Of a DNA stretch of 60,000 nt, positions 39,130 to 52,800 are shown one piece after another; the first letter of the stretch is position 1; each line of letters opens with the position of its first letter. The notes beneath the pieces were generated by a model. The model worked only from the letters and a program-made list of their open reading frames with translations. It was not told where the DNA came from and searched no databases. Source of the DNA: Felis catus. Lineage: Eukaryota. Location of the stretch: positions 20,524,001 to 20,584,000 of the forward strand of contig NC_058369.1 in NCBI RefSeq assembly GCF_018350175.1, given 5' to 3'. The translations under genes were made by a program, and so were the position numbers.

Positions 39130-39313
39130 GAGCAATGCTTTTTAAACTGTAGCATACATCACAATCATGTGAGGGGGCTCATCAAAGCAGATTGCTGGCC
39201 CCACCCAACATATCTGATTTAGTTTACAGGGTCCCAAGAATGGGTATTTCTAGTATGTTTTCTAGGTAATGCTGTGGCTACTGTTCTAGGGAACCCCACT
39301 TTGAGAACCACTG
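39130..39313. mobile_element. MER5A-like element
   Basis: 'cagattgctggccccaccc...cactttgagaaccactg'. Confidence 0.7.
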
Positions 39314-40859
39314 GGGTAGATCTTAACTATGTGGTCACTGTGAAGGACAGCATGACCAAAATAGCAGAGCCGCACATAAATTGGAGGTTTATTTCTCCTT
39401 TCCAAAGAAGTTGAGAAATAGGTGTCCAAACCCCAGGATGGCACTTCACAGGGTGAAGAATCCTAGCCCCTTCTACCTTGTTACTCTGCTGTATATGGTC
39501 TGTGAGCCCAAGATCACCTCATGATCCCAAATGGCTGTTTCAACTTCAACAGTCCCCTCCACAATCTAGCCAGCGAGGAGGAAGGAGAAGGAGAAAGGCA
39601 TATTCCTTCTCTTTTAGGGCATATCCTTGAAGTTACATATGCCACTCTTGTCCATAGCTCAAAGGAGGTAACAGAAGACCAAATAAAAGGGGAGATATAC
39701 CATACAGTTATTGATAGAATGACTCAACATTGTAAAATTGCAAATTATCTCCAAGTTGATCTCCAGGTGGAACTCAATTCCTATAAGAATCTGATCAGGA
39801 GTTTTTGGGAACTTGACAAGCTGATAAAAAATCATATTAAGTAAGTGTCCACAATCAGTTAAGACGGTTTTGACAAAAAGACTAGAGCTAGGAGTATGGT
39901 AAAGCACATGAAAATACATCAAAAGACTGTAATAATAACAGTGTATAGTTGAGACACTAAGAATCTAAGGTGAGGAGTAAACATTTAAATACGGATTTGT
40001 TGGATTTCCCTCATCCCATTCTTTTCCTTCACGTGTACAGCTGGCAATAGCCCCTCCTCCACCCTGGCTGAAGAGAGTTTTCTTTTCTGCCTAAGTTGAA
40101 CCAGAGAGGATCTAGACTCCAATATTTCAGTCATGGCGGAAGGCAGAGGTGAAGGCAGAGGTGGCGGAAGGCATACTAAAATGGAGCAATTATTGAAATT
40201 GTGTAGGCTAGACAGTGAGGCCTCCAACCCTTGGTGCCAGCTCAGCTCCCTGAAGGCTTGCAGTCAGCCAGGTTTCATTCCACTCTCTGACTTGAGGTTC
40301 TGGGATTCCTTTCTGGGACATCAGTCAATTATTGCTACGCAAATGCTGCATGGCAGACTGCCACAAGCCTCAGTGGCAGGCAGCAGTAAGCATGCTGACC
40401 TAGGCTGTGTTTAACTGGGGTAGCTTGTCTAGAGAAACTCTGCCCCACGTTTCTCATCCTCTTCCTCATACCCCGGGCACTTCCTTGTTGGCAATGGCAG
40501 AAGTCCAAGAGGGTAAACATAAATTGGCAAAGACTTTCAAAGCCAAGGCCAAACTTGCATGTCATCATTCCACCTTATTCTGTTGGCCAAAGCACATCAC
40601 ATTGCCAATCTAAGGCACAGGAAGATAGATTCTGTCCCCTTACGGGAAGAAACTACAAAGTCCCATAGGAAAAAGTATGAATGTAAGACCACTAAAGCAA
40701 TCTACCACAAGCTCCAAAGAATAAAACAAATGAATGCTAATTTGGGGGTCCCCCACTGAAACAAAACCCAACTCTGCCTTATTAACCTACTCTGAGTGGT
40801 ACCAGTTAAGAAACCGCACCCATGCACCCTGAGCTTTCCTTTGGCATTTTAGTGCCACG

Positions 40860-42930
40860 CTCACACACATGAATAAACAACCAAGGATCATTAACATGAG
40901 AGACTGAAATAAAAAGAAAAAAGGGGACTTAAAAGAGATCGTACTGGGAACAGAAGAAAAAGGTTTAAAAAACCAAACTTAACAATTACAACTACTATTC
41001 TCTTTTTTTTTTTTAATGTTTATTTATTTTTGAGAGAGAGAGACAGAGCACGAGCCAGGGAGGGGCAGAGAAAGAGGGAGACACAGAATCCGAAGCAGGC
41101 TCCAGGCTCTGAGCTGTTGGCACAGAGCTGGTGGGGCTGGAACCCATGAACCATGAGATCATGACCTGAGCCAAAGTAAGATGCTTAACTGACTGAGCCA
41201 CTCAGGTGCCCCTATTACTACTATTCCTAATAAAAGATAACAAATCAATGAAATAAGAATACTGTGCTATAAAAGAATAATCCAAGGACAAGAAAGAGCT
41301 CTTGAAAGTTAAGACTTTTAAAAATGGAGAATACCTTCTAAAAAAGTAGAATAAAAAGACAGAGAAAATAGTGTAGAAAATATTGGAAAATTAGAGGATC
41401 AATCTATGATCTAATAGGTTTTCTCTAAGTATTAAAATGGAGAAAATTAAAAGGTAGAAATGATTTTTAAAAAACTAATACAGTAAAGTTTCCAATAGTT
41501 GAACAATACAAATTTTATAAACTAATGTGCCCCATACAGTGAGTGAGGCAGAGAGTGGGGGAACATCTCAGAGAGGCTGAGAACAACATGTCTAGTGGGT
41601 GTGAGGGATCTGGGATGATTGGCTCAGAAATGTTGGGACAGTTGTTTCTAGGGAGTAGGGTTTGAACCCTGATGAAGACATAAATCTAAGACCTAGATGG
41701 AATCATGTATTCCTTCACTATGCAATCACTTATTGAAACAACAGTAATTTCAGAACATCCTAAAAACTAAAGATAAGGGATAAGGAGAAAATCCTAAAAG
41801 CTTCCAGAGAGGAAAAAATAAGTCACATCATATGGAGAAAGGAATCAGAGTAACATTAGACCTCTAGGAAAACAGTTAAAGCAATTCCTCAAAATTCTGA
41901 GGGAAAACTATTTTCAGTCTAGAATTCCATACTCAGCAACACTATAAATCAGATTTGAAGGTGTAAAAAAAAGTCATTTTCAGACATGCAAATCTCTACA
42001 TATTGATATCCATATACTTTTCCTTAGGAAACTATCATAACATGTGCTCTATCCAAAATAGGGACTAAATCCAAGAAAGAGAGAGACCCAATGTGCAGGA
42101 TGATGTTCTGTCACTTGGTGAAGACCTCAGTGTAAGATGTAAACCAGAATTTAACAGGAAAATATGTGACCCTAGATGAGAAAGCACTAATTTAAAAAAT
42201 TTCAAAAGCACAATTACAAAGGGAGAAATGGATGGAATGATATCTGTGCAATGAATAACAACATGAAGAAAGTCAGCTGGCCGATGATTGTTGGGGAGAG
42301 AATATTTGTAACATATCTATCCACAAAAGGTTGTCCAAGGAAGTCATCCAAGAGGATGATGGGAATCCAACAGAAAAAAATAGGCCAAGGACTCTATCAG
42401 GCAATTACACAGAGATGCTAGAAGGTCAAGATGAAATAATCATAAGAGCTGAAAGACACAGAGCAGTACTAAGACCGGGTGCCATTCCAAGGACTTCACC
42501 TTCATGAATCTCCACAAGAGCTCCTTGGAGGAGGAACCATGTTTCTATCTTCACTTTGCCCAGGAGGAAACAGACACCACTGGAAGACTTGCTCAAGTGC
42601 ACACAGCTAGAAAGGGTCTGTGGATCCCTGTTATTCACCCTGAAGAATCCTGCTCTGCTCAAGTCCCTAGTGAGAAAAATGGAAATTAAAAGAGCAAGGT
42701 GACACCACTTCACGTCTTTCAGTTCGGCGAAAATTAGGAGGTGATTGACAGAGGTTGCACTGGTGGTGCCACTGTGGAAAACAATCTGTCAGCATTTAGT
42801 AGCATGGAGGAACCACCTGTCCCATGACACAGCAAGCCACCCCCGTGTGCATTCCCTGGAGAATGCCTCCCATGGAGGCACAGACACATGCGGGAAGATG
42901 TTCCTCATGGCACTCTCTGCCATGGCTTAA
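40860..42930 (+). mobile_element. Old L1 ORF1/ORF2 fragments, with a SINE (41003-41212 -) and a MIR-like piece (about 42430-42650)
   Basis: 'gagaaaatcctaaaagcttccagagag', 'aaattctgagggaaaac...ctagaattccatac' (L1 ORF1). Confidence 0.6.
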
Positions 42931-43998
42931 CTCATCCGTGGGGCAGAGAGCAGGGAAACAGGTTATCCTGGGTCATGAGCACATAGGGAGTCCTTATCTG
43001 TTGTCAAATTGTGTATATATTTAAACATTTTCATGATAAAAAGCTTTTATGAAGTTGTGCAAGAAAGGATAGGGAACCAGAATGTGCTCCATGGCACAGT
43101 GGTCAGTGGCACTCAGAGTCATGATAATATAAACACTAAATTGCGATTGGGGACCTAAATGGCAGCAAGTGACCTAGTGAGGAAGATGAAGGGAGAAAAA
43201 GTGAGGTTTTGGGGATGGGGTAGAAAGCCAAGTCCTCATCTTTTTTGGTGGAGAGTTAAGGTCTTGAAATGAAGAGACCACGTCAGCATGTCACTGAGGT
43301 CTGGAGGGGGCTATCCAGAGTCAGTTAAGAGATGAAAGTGAGCGTGCCTGTGAGATGGCAGTGGGGACAGCCAGAGGCAGCTGGTCTTGGAGGCAAGCCT
43401 GAATAACTAAGTGACTCTTTCAAATATGACCATTGCTACCACTAGAGGAATCTACACTGGGGAACACTGTCTCTTACATAATGACTCATGTTTGGAAAAT
43501 TCCTCCAGCCCAGTAAATTTCAGACACTGAGTGGAAGGGCTTATTTTGTTTTAAGGAACATATATTGGCTTGTTAGGCACCAAACAACTATAGAAATACA
43601 GGGGTTCAGCAGCTGGAGGGGAATAGAAATAGGCTGAGGTACCTCCATCCTGACCCTTCCTTAGCCCCTTCTGCTCACCCTCCATACTCACAGTCTCACA
43701 TACTCACATACTCACTTATTAAAAGAAGGATTTTCCCACATACTGAGGAAGGGCATGGAGGCAAAGAAGGCAAGACACAGGAAGCACCCTGAGCCCAGGA
43801 ACCTTCCTCTGCACTGTGTAAGCAGCTCTCCTTAGTGATGATGACAGGAAAGTCTTGTGGGTGGGCCAGACTAGAGGTCATCCTTTGGACAGGACAGATT
43901 CACGGGGGCTATGGTTTCCCCAAGGACAATCCCTGGTCAATCCCTGGCAGGAGGGAAATGGGTAGATGTTTCCTCTTTACCCAACAAATTTGAGGCAA

Positions 43999-44060
43999 CC
44001 TGGTCCCTGGGTCATAGTTGCCCTTGTGACATCATGGCTATCTCCTCCTCTCCCACCCTT
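43999..44060 (+). promoter_or_regulatory. IQCF3 promoter module with CRE-like TGACATCA (44027-44034)
   Basis: Homologous to 32048-32110; the motif starts 104 nt upstream of the ATG. Confidence 0.55.
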
Positions 44061-44130
44061 CCTGATTCTGCCAGGACCAATGGAGCAGCAACCAGAGGGG
44101 GTGTGAACACCTGAACTACTGCCCCAAACC

Positions 44131-44148
44131 ATGGGCGGTAAATGCTGT
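44131..44148 (+). CDS. IQCF3: IQCF3 coding exon 1 (MGGKCC)
   Basis: accATGG Kozak context and GTAAGA donor; the recalled human start is MGSKCC. Confidence 0.9.
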
Positions 44149-44234
44149 GTAAGACAGCCAAACACCCCCTCCCTGGAAGTAGGGAGTTACCCATGGCAGA
44201 GGGAAGCACCAGATGACTTCAAAAGGACTCAGGA

Positions 44235-44460
44235 GGGGCACCTGGGTGGCTCAGTCAGTTAAGCGTCCCACCCTTGATTTGGGCTCAGGTCATAATCTCA
44301 CAGTTGTGAGATTGAGCCCTGTGTTGGGCTCCATGCCATGGAGCCTGCTTGGGATTCTCTCTCTCCCGCTCTCTGCCCCTCCCCCACTCATGCTCCCTCT
44401 CTCCCTCTCTCACATTAAATAAATAAACTTTTTTTTTAAATCTTAAAAAAAAAAAAAAAA
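44235..44460 (+). mobile_element. Can-SINE in IQCF3 intron 1
   Basis: TSD aaaaggactcag (44221-44232 / 44459-44470). Confidence 0.9.
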
Positions 44461-44551
44461 AGGACTCAGAAAGAATGGGGAAGTAGACCTGTGAGGACTT
44501 TGCACAGAAACTGGTCCTCACTCATACTTTCTCTCTATATTCTGATTGCAG

Positions 44552-44596
44552 AAGTCTGGTCCAGATAAGGATGCACTAGAGACTGAGAAGCTGAAG
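44552..44596 (+). CDS. IQCF3: IQCF3 coding exon 2 (KSGPDKDALETEKLK)
   Basis: Acceptor ttctgattgcAG, donor GTAGGT, 45 nt, phase 0; resembles recalled human KGGPDEDAVE. Confidence 0.87.
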
Positions 44597-45344
44597 GTAG
44601 GTGGAGCCTAGGAGCATGAGAGAACCACAGTTCATTGACCATCTGAGCACAGAGTTCTTGAAAGTGAAGGATCCATCTCTGGTCCCACAGCTGAGAAGTC
44701 AGCTCAGTGTTGCTCTCCTGTCCCCATAAATTCCCTCCCTATTCTGAGTGAGCTATGTTAAGTATGAAGAGACAGCAGAGAGGTGAGGAATCAGGATGCA
44801 GACAGGCCACTGGAAGGTGGGGCACAGTAGTGGGAACTGGAAATCCAGAGAAAGTAAAGCCTGGGTTTAGAAGGATATAGCGGTGACTGAAAGGTAGTGG
44901 AAATCAAAAGAAGTGAGGTAAAGGAAAACCCTCAAGGGGCTATGGGTTGGCATGAAGCATCAGGAGGCAGCATCATAGGCTGGAATTTGGGTTGAGATGT
45001 AGGCCATAAATGCAGAGGTTCATCCTCAGAGGACCTTTTGGTTCCTCACACTCATGGCAGGTCTTCTGGATCAGAAATTGTTTCCACAGAACCTGTGAAG
45101 ATCACAGGGCAAGCATATCCCCATTTTGTAGATGAGGACACTATGACTCAGAAGATGACCAATACGTCTATAGCCACAGGTAAGGTAGAAGTAGAGGCAA
45201 AACCCCACCCAGGACTCCTGGGTCCTCAGAACCACCAGGGGAAAAGCTAGTTAAGAAAGAAGATCAGAGCTCCTTCGTGGCAGACACCAGACTTGTGGTT
45301 GTTCATAACAAATTCATGTGGAGTCCTCTGCTTTGCTTGGTTAG

Positions 45345-45740
<396 letters not shown>

Positions 45741-45774
45741 AAGTACCAGAGGGTGGAGAACTCCACTGCCCCCC

Positions 45775-45780
45775 AATAAA
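45775..45780 (+). terminator. IQCF3 polyadenylation signal
   Basis: AATAAA starting 35 nt after the stop, followed by a GT-rich tract (ggttttgtgtgtct). Confidence 0.75.
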
Positions 45781-46317
45781 TGTCTGACCAGGTTTTGTGT
45801 GTCTCAGTGACTCCTACACCATGAAGACCCCAAGGCCTCCACCTTCTATGTGGGAAAAGACAGATATCTCTCCCCCCACTCCCACCCTTTAGTGCTGACT
45901 GACAGTGGCCATATGCCACTGGCTCTATCCAAATCAGAAACTGCTACCTGAGGCTGTTCTCACACATCAAGAGCCAAGTGTACCATTCCATAGCCCTGGC
46001 ACCATTATCTCCTGATCTTGCAATTGGGACCAGTTAGGCTTTATATTCCCAAAGACTCCAGGCACCTCTTCTTATGAGAGTTGCCTTTGAATCCATGCTC
46101 TTTTAGCCTGCCATCATGAGCCAGCTGGGGCTTGCACCCATTGGCTGTCTATTTGGCAAGCCCCTAGACAGAAGTCAGACACTTTGCTGGCTCTTGAGAG
46201 CAGTACAGCCCATAGAATGCACAGGAGGCTGACCTTAGTGGTGACTAGGCACAAAGTTTTTCAAGTTTTGTGCTAATTTGGATGCTGTTTTCTTTGGGAA
46301 ATAGCAGGTATCATGAT

Positions 46318-46530
46318 TTTTTTTTTTCAACGTTTATTTATTTTTGGGACAGAGAGAGACAGAGCATGAACGGGGGAGGGGCAGAGAGAGAGGGAGACAC
46401 AGAATCGGAAACAGGCTCCAGGCTCCGAGCCATCAGCCCAGAGCCCGACGTGGGGCTCAAACTCACGGACCGCGAGATCGTGACCTGGCTGAAGTCGGAC
46501 GCTCAACCGACTGCGCCACCCAGGCGCCCC
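46318..46530 (-). mobile_element. Young felid Can-SINE
   Basis: Perfect TSD agcaggtatcatgat (46303-46317 / 46531-46545). Confidence 0.95.
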
Positions 46531-47559
46531 AGCAGGTATCATGATCTTAAGGAACCTCAGCTCTGCTTCCATACTCAGGACCAGCTTCTCCAGGGTGCTG
46601 AAACACAAATAGGGCTCCCACTGATATCACTGCCACCCTATGTGTGACACCATTCTTAGTAACTTCAGTATTAGATGATGCTCCAAGCCCCTTGCCTCTT
46701 ACCTCCAGTGATTTTGACTTCCTTTTTACCTGAATCACCCACTCCTATAATTGCACCAGAGATTGTTGCTTTTCAAGCTGCCTTTAAGGAATGGCCTTTA
46801 AAAAAAAAAAAAAGTGTCCAATCCATCATATACTAATTCTTTTGTAAAACAATAAAAATGAATTGTGGGAAAAAACAAGTAGAAAAGTTATACAGAATAT
46901 GAGGCTTACTTTTGTTAGGCTGGACACACATAAAATTTGTTTCAATTTGCTATACAAATTTCTAAGTGCTTAATCTCAATCTTTGTACTTAATCTCAGTG
47001 GTAGCAAATGCTCACCATACTTTGGGTGGCATTGTCCTGGTCCTTGTCATAACTGACCACAGCAACACCAATACTGATTTTAATAATCTTGGTCTCTAAC
47101 TTTTGCTTTCTATGCTTTAGGGCAGAAGTCAGAAAACTATGGTTTGCAGTTGAGTGGTTGTGATTGTGACATCAATCCTAAAATACTATCTGGTCCTTTA
47201 CAGAAAAAGTTTGTCAACCTCTGTGTTAGAGTTGCTGATTCTTATGCATTGATCCAAATGTTTCTTCAGTCCTAATAAGGACTTCCCAAAGATTGACCTT
47301 ACCAGTATTGTACTACCCTTTTCCCCAGCTCAGATTCCATTCTCTGTCAAGGATTCTCTTACAATTTTACCACTGTTGGCCCTCTCTCTCCACCTTTGTG
47401 TGAACCCAACCCTTCACCTACTTCATCCACAAGAAAAGCTGAATTTCCGTGAAGAAAAACAAATCACTGTATTGCGTGGTTTGGGTTTACCTTCAAGACC
47501 ACAGATGGACAGACTTGCTTCTCAAGACACTTCTCTGTAAATTTGTTTTCTGACCTGAA

Positions 47560-49190
47560 GATTTCCCATCACTTCCTTTTTCCTCAAATGCGCTATTCTT
47601 CCTCTTTTCCTTTTGACCTCAAATGATGATATCACTACACCCTTAACTGAGAAAATGGCAGCAGACTGGACTTCCGTCTCCCTACTGCCTCATCCTCCAT
47701 CTCAGCTGGCCTTTTTTACCACACTCATTGCCTTCCTTGAGTTGAAGTGAATTATCTTTGCCGCATCCAATGCCACCCCTTCCACTTTGCTCTTCTGGTG
47801 CTCTTCTTTTCCTTTTGCCCACTGTCACCTCCTGCCTTTGCAATGATATTGTTCTGTAATTTCATTTGTTTCTCTGAACTGGTTTCTTCCTTTTCACCAA
47901 ATCATTTACATCAGCATAAGTATCCTCCACCATTAAAAAGTCCATTCTTGACTACCTCCTATCCAGTTCTTTGCATCTTCTTATAGAAAAACATGTTGTC
48001 ACTGTTTCCTCTCTCGCTTTTCCCATTCTCTCATAAATTCACTCCAGTTGGTCTTTCCTTCCCCCCAACTCCACGGAAGCTACACTGGTCAAGGGTATTG
48101 ATTGAGAGAGATTGTTTACAAAAATGACCAAAATTACTGTCCTCCTTGTATCCATGCACCTTTGCAATGTGACTTTGTAGCTCGATCAATAACAGACAGA
48201 GGCTACTTAACCTCCTCTTGTATCTAGGCCTCCCTGTGACTTTCTTTGGCCAATAGTATGCAGTAAAAGTGATATTGTGCCGGTTGCAAGCCTAGACTTT
48301 AAGAGGTCTTAAACAACCATCTCCCATGCGAACAAGGAGATTACCACTGTTGCATGAGACAACATATGGGACAGAGATGAGCTGTCTCTGATGAGGCCAT
48401 CTTACATCACCAGCCCCCATCACACCTACCAACGGACCACATATTTTTAGCGAACCCAGTTGAGAACAGAAAAATCACCCAGATGATCCTAGCTCAAATT
48501 GTCACTCCACAGACCTGTGAGTTCTATAAATGGTTATTGTTTTGAGTCTCTATGTTTTGGTGGTTGGTTGAACAACAAAAACTAACACCATCTAAAATCA
48601 CCAACTAACTTGCTTACATGAAAATGGTGAATCCTCTGTTCTCTGCCTTCTCTCTGCATCAGACTACAAGTTGACAACTCTCTCTTACTTGAAACACTCT
48701 GTTTGGCTTCAGGAACATCACACTCTCCTGCTTTTTCTTCACTGGCTGCTTTTTCTTAATCTTATCAATGGCTTCTTCATTGATGAGCCTCTAACCTATG
48801 AGGGGCTCAATCATAAAAGTTCTTTTAGTCCCTCTTAATGTGTACTTCCAGATAACATCATCGACATGGTCTTAGCTATCTGCTATATTCTGATGCCATT
48901 CAAATCTACATCACCATCCCTGATAGCGCCTCTGAATTCCATACCCAACGTATGACTTCCCACTTAATGTCTTGCTTTGATGTCTAATAGGTTTTTTCAA
49001 ACATAATGTGGCAGACAGGACGCCCACACTTCATGATTTTATCTAAAATTGCTTCTCCTTGTGCCTTGACCATTCACCACATCTGTTTGATTCAAATTCT
49101 CTTCTGAACCCTCCCTTTTACTTATCTCTATCCATCCCCATTCACATCAGTCCATCAGCAAATGCAGTCAGCTGCAGCTCTGCAATATAG
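47560..49190 (+). mobile_element. L2 fragments interrupted by an MLT1-type LTR (about 48100-48590)
   Basis: L2 motifs 'cttgaaacactct...ttggcttc' and 'gatgtctaatagg'; MLT1 motifs 'tttgcaatgtgactttg...ataaatggttattgtttt'. Confidence 0.55.
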
Positions 49191-49529
49191 TAATATCTAC
49201 AATACAGTAGATAGTACGATTGGAGAAACTGGATCTTATGTAGATTGCTCTTGGGAATGTAAAATGGGGTAGCTGATGTGAAAATAGTTTGATGATCTCT
49301 CAAAAGTTAGGTGTAGAGTTACCATAAGACCCAGCAATTCCACTCTTAGGTATATATCCAAGAAAACTGAAAACACAAAAGCTTCCACAAAAATTTCATA
49401 GTAGAATAATAGCCAGAAAAGTGGATGCAACCCAAATGACTATTCAAACTGTGGTACATCCATACAATGCACCACTGCTCAGCAGTAAAAAGGAACAAAC
49501 TACGGATACATGGAACAATTTATATGGGT

Positions 49530-49840
49530 CTCAAACTAACCAATTCAGGGTAAACCCCCTCTGTCTTTGTCCTCTGCATCCAGAAAGCCATAATCCTCTG
49601 CCTTAATCATTCGAAGCCAGGTATTAGACATCTATATAGCTTAGGAACTACAGAAATGACTCAAACCAGGCAATCTTAACCTGTTTACCCTATCCTTCCT
49701 TGCCTTTCCCACTCTGACAGAGGCCATGGGAGAAGCTCTTTTCTTACTCCTGCTTTCTGCCACCTGACTAAAACCTGATGCTTCCCTGTGATCCTGTGTG
49801 ACATGCAGTAACCTCTGCTTTGGGACCTGTGAGTATAAGT
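49530..49840 (+). mobile_element. Second MER74-group LTR fragment
   Basis: Aligns to about 35080-35385 (e.g. 'ccttgccttt(t)cccactc(c/t)gaca...ggccatggga', 'tctgccacctgac(a/t)aaaacctgatg'). Confidence 0.65.
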
Positions 49841-49859
49841 TTGGGGAGCTACTTAGTAA

Positions 49860-52800
49860 CAAAAATACAAAGGAAAGAATAAATCTCACTGGAAGATAAA
49901 TATATAGTAAAGTTAGTGGATTAATTGCTTATAAAGTTTGTATGTCAAAACTACAATTTGAGATCACCTGTCAGAATGGCTAGAATCTAAAAATGAGAAA
50001 TAACAAGTGTTAGCAAGGATACAGAGGAAAAGGTTGTGGGAATGTAAATTAGTACAGACATTTTGGGAAAGCAATATGGAGGTTACTCAAAAAACTAAAA
50101 ATAAGGGGTACCTGGGTGACTCAGTCGGTTAAGCATCCAACTTCAGCTCAGGTCATGATCTCACAGTTCATGGGTTCAAGCCCTGTGTCAGGCTATGTTC
50201 TGACAGCTCAGAGCCTGGAGCCTACTTCAGATTCTGTGACTCCCTCTCTCTCTCTCTGTGCCCCTCCCCAACTTTCCCTCTGTTTCTCTCTCTCAAAATA
50301 AATAAACATTAAAAAAATTAAAAATAGAAATACCATATGATCTAGTAATTCCACTACTGGGCATTTACCCAAAGAAAAGAAAAAACTAATTCAAAAAGAC
50401 ATCTGCACTTGTATGTTTATTGTAGCATTATTTACAATAACCAAGATCTGGGGGCACCTGGGTGGCTCAGTCAGTTAAGCATCCAACTCTTGATTTCAGC
50501 TCAGGTCATTATCTCACGGTTCATGAGATTGAGCCCTGCATCAGGCTCCATTCTGAGAGCACAGAGCCTGCTTGGGATTCTCCTTCTCCCTGCTCATGTG
50601 TGTGCATGCTCTCTCAAAATAAATAAACTTAAAAAAAATAACCAAGATCTGGTAACAATTCAAGTGTCTATTGATAGACAAATGGATAAAGAATATGTGA
50701 CTTTATATGTATATAATGGAATACTACTCAGGCATAAAAATAAATGATATCTTGCCATTTGCAATAACATGAATAAACCTAGAGAGTGTTATACTAAGTT
50801 AAATAAGTCAGAGAAAGACAAATTCCAGATGGTTTTATTTATATGTGGAATCTAAGAAACAAAATAAATGAATAAACAAATGAACCAAACAAAAAATCAG
50901 GCCTATAAATGTAAAGAGTAAACTGATGTTGCCAGAGGGGAGAGGGTGGAGGATGGGCAAGATCAATGAAGGGGAGTGGGAGATACAGGCTTCCAGTTAT
51001 AGAATGAATAAGTCATGGGAGTAAAAGGTACAGCATAGGGAATATAGTCAATGGTATTGTGATAGCATTGCATGGTGTTAGATGGTAGCTACACTTGTGG
51101 TGAGCATAGCATAACGTATAGAGTTGTTGGATAACTATGTTGTATACCTGGAACTAATGCAACATTGTGTGTCAACTACACTTAAATATAAAATAATAAA
51201 ATAAAGCTAGTATGAAGGTTAAAAGACAAAAATAATAAAAATAACTATGATTACAATAATTAGTTAGGGGATACACAAACAAAAAGATGTAAAATATGAG
51301 ATAAAAAGGTGTAAAATGTGACATTGAAAACATAAAACATATTGGGAAGAGTAATGTTGAGCTTTAGAATGGGCTCAAACTTAAGTTGTTATCAGCTTAA
51401 AAATAGATCGTTATAGGTATAAATTGTTATACGTATGCCTCATGGTAACCACAAAGCAAAAACCTATAGTAAATACCCATAAAATAAAGAGTAATAAGCA
51501 TACCACTAAAGAAAGTCATCAAACCACCAAGGAAGAGAGCAGGAAAAGAAGAAAAGAACAGAGAGGAACTACAAAAACAACCAAAAAACAACAGAATAGT
51601 AATGAGCACATATGTTTCAATAATTACTTTAAATGTGAATGGAATAAATTCTTCAATTAAAGGACATAGAGTGGCTGAATGGATTTTTAAAAAGACCCAT
51701 CTATATGCTGCCTGTAAGAGATACACTTCAGATATAAAGACACATACAGACTGGAAGTGAAGGGATAGAAAAAGATATTCCATGCAAATGGAAACCAAAA
51801 GAAAGCTGGAGTAGCAATACTTATATCAGACAAAATAGACTTTAAGATAAACATTGTAGTAAGAAACAAAGAAGGGTGTTACATAATGATAAAAAGTCAA
51901 TCTAACAAGAGGATATAACATTTGTAAATATTTATGCACCCAACATAAGAGTATCGAAATATATAAAGCAAATATTAACAGACCTAAAGGAAAAATTGAC
52001 AGTGTTACAATGCTAGTAGGGAACTTTAACACCCTCACATCAATGGATAGATAATTCATCCAGAAAATCAGTAAGAAAACAATCATCTTAAATGACATGT
52101 TAGACCAGATGGAATTAACAAATGCACAGAACATTCCATCCAAAAGAAAAAGAGTACATGTTCGAAATTAGTCAATCAGAGGAAGACAAATATCATATGA
52201 CTTCACTCATATGAGGACTTTAAGACACAAACAGATGAACACAAGGGAAGGGAAACAAAAATAATATAAAAACAAGGAGGGGGACAAAACATAAGAGACT
52301 CTTAAATATGGAGAACAAACAGAGGTTTACTAGAGGAGTTGTGGGAGGGGGGATGGGTTAAATGGGTAAGGGGCATTAAGGAATCTACTCTTGAAATCAT
52401 TGTTGCACTATATGCTAACTAACTTGTATTTAAAATTAAAAAATTAAATTTTAAAAAAAGAATGCATGTTTTCAAGTGCACATGGAACATTTTCCAAGAT
52501 AGATCATATGTTATGTTACAGAACAGAATGTAAAAGGATTGAAATAATATCAAGCATCTTTTCTGACTACAATAGAAATGTAATTCTTCATTACATGAAG
52601 AAAACTGGAAAATTCACAAATATGTGGATATTAAACCACATGCTACTATAAAACCAGTGGGCCAAAAAAAAAAATCAAAAGGAGAAATAAATACCTTGAG
52701 ACAAACAGAAATGGAAATATAACATACCAAAATATATGGGATGCAGCAAAAGTAATTCCAAGAAGGAAGTTCATAGTGATAAATGCCTACCTCAAGAAAC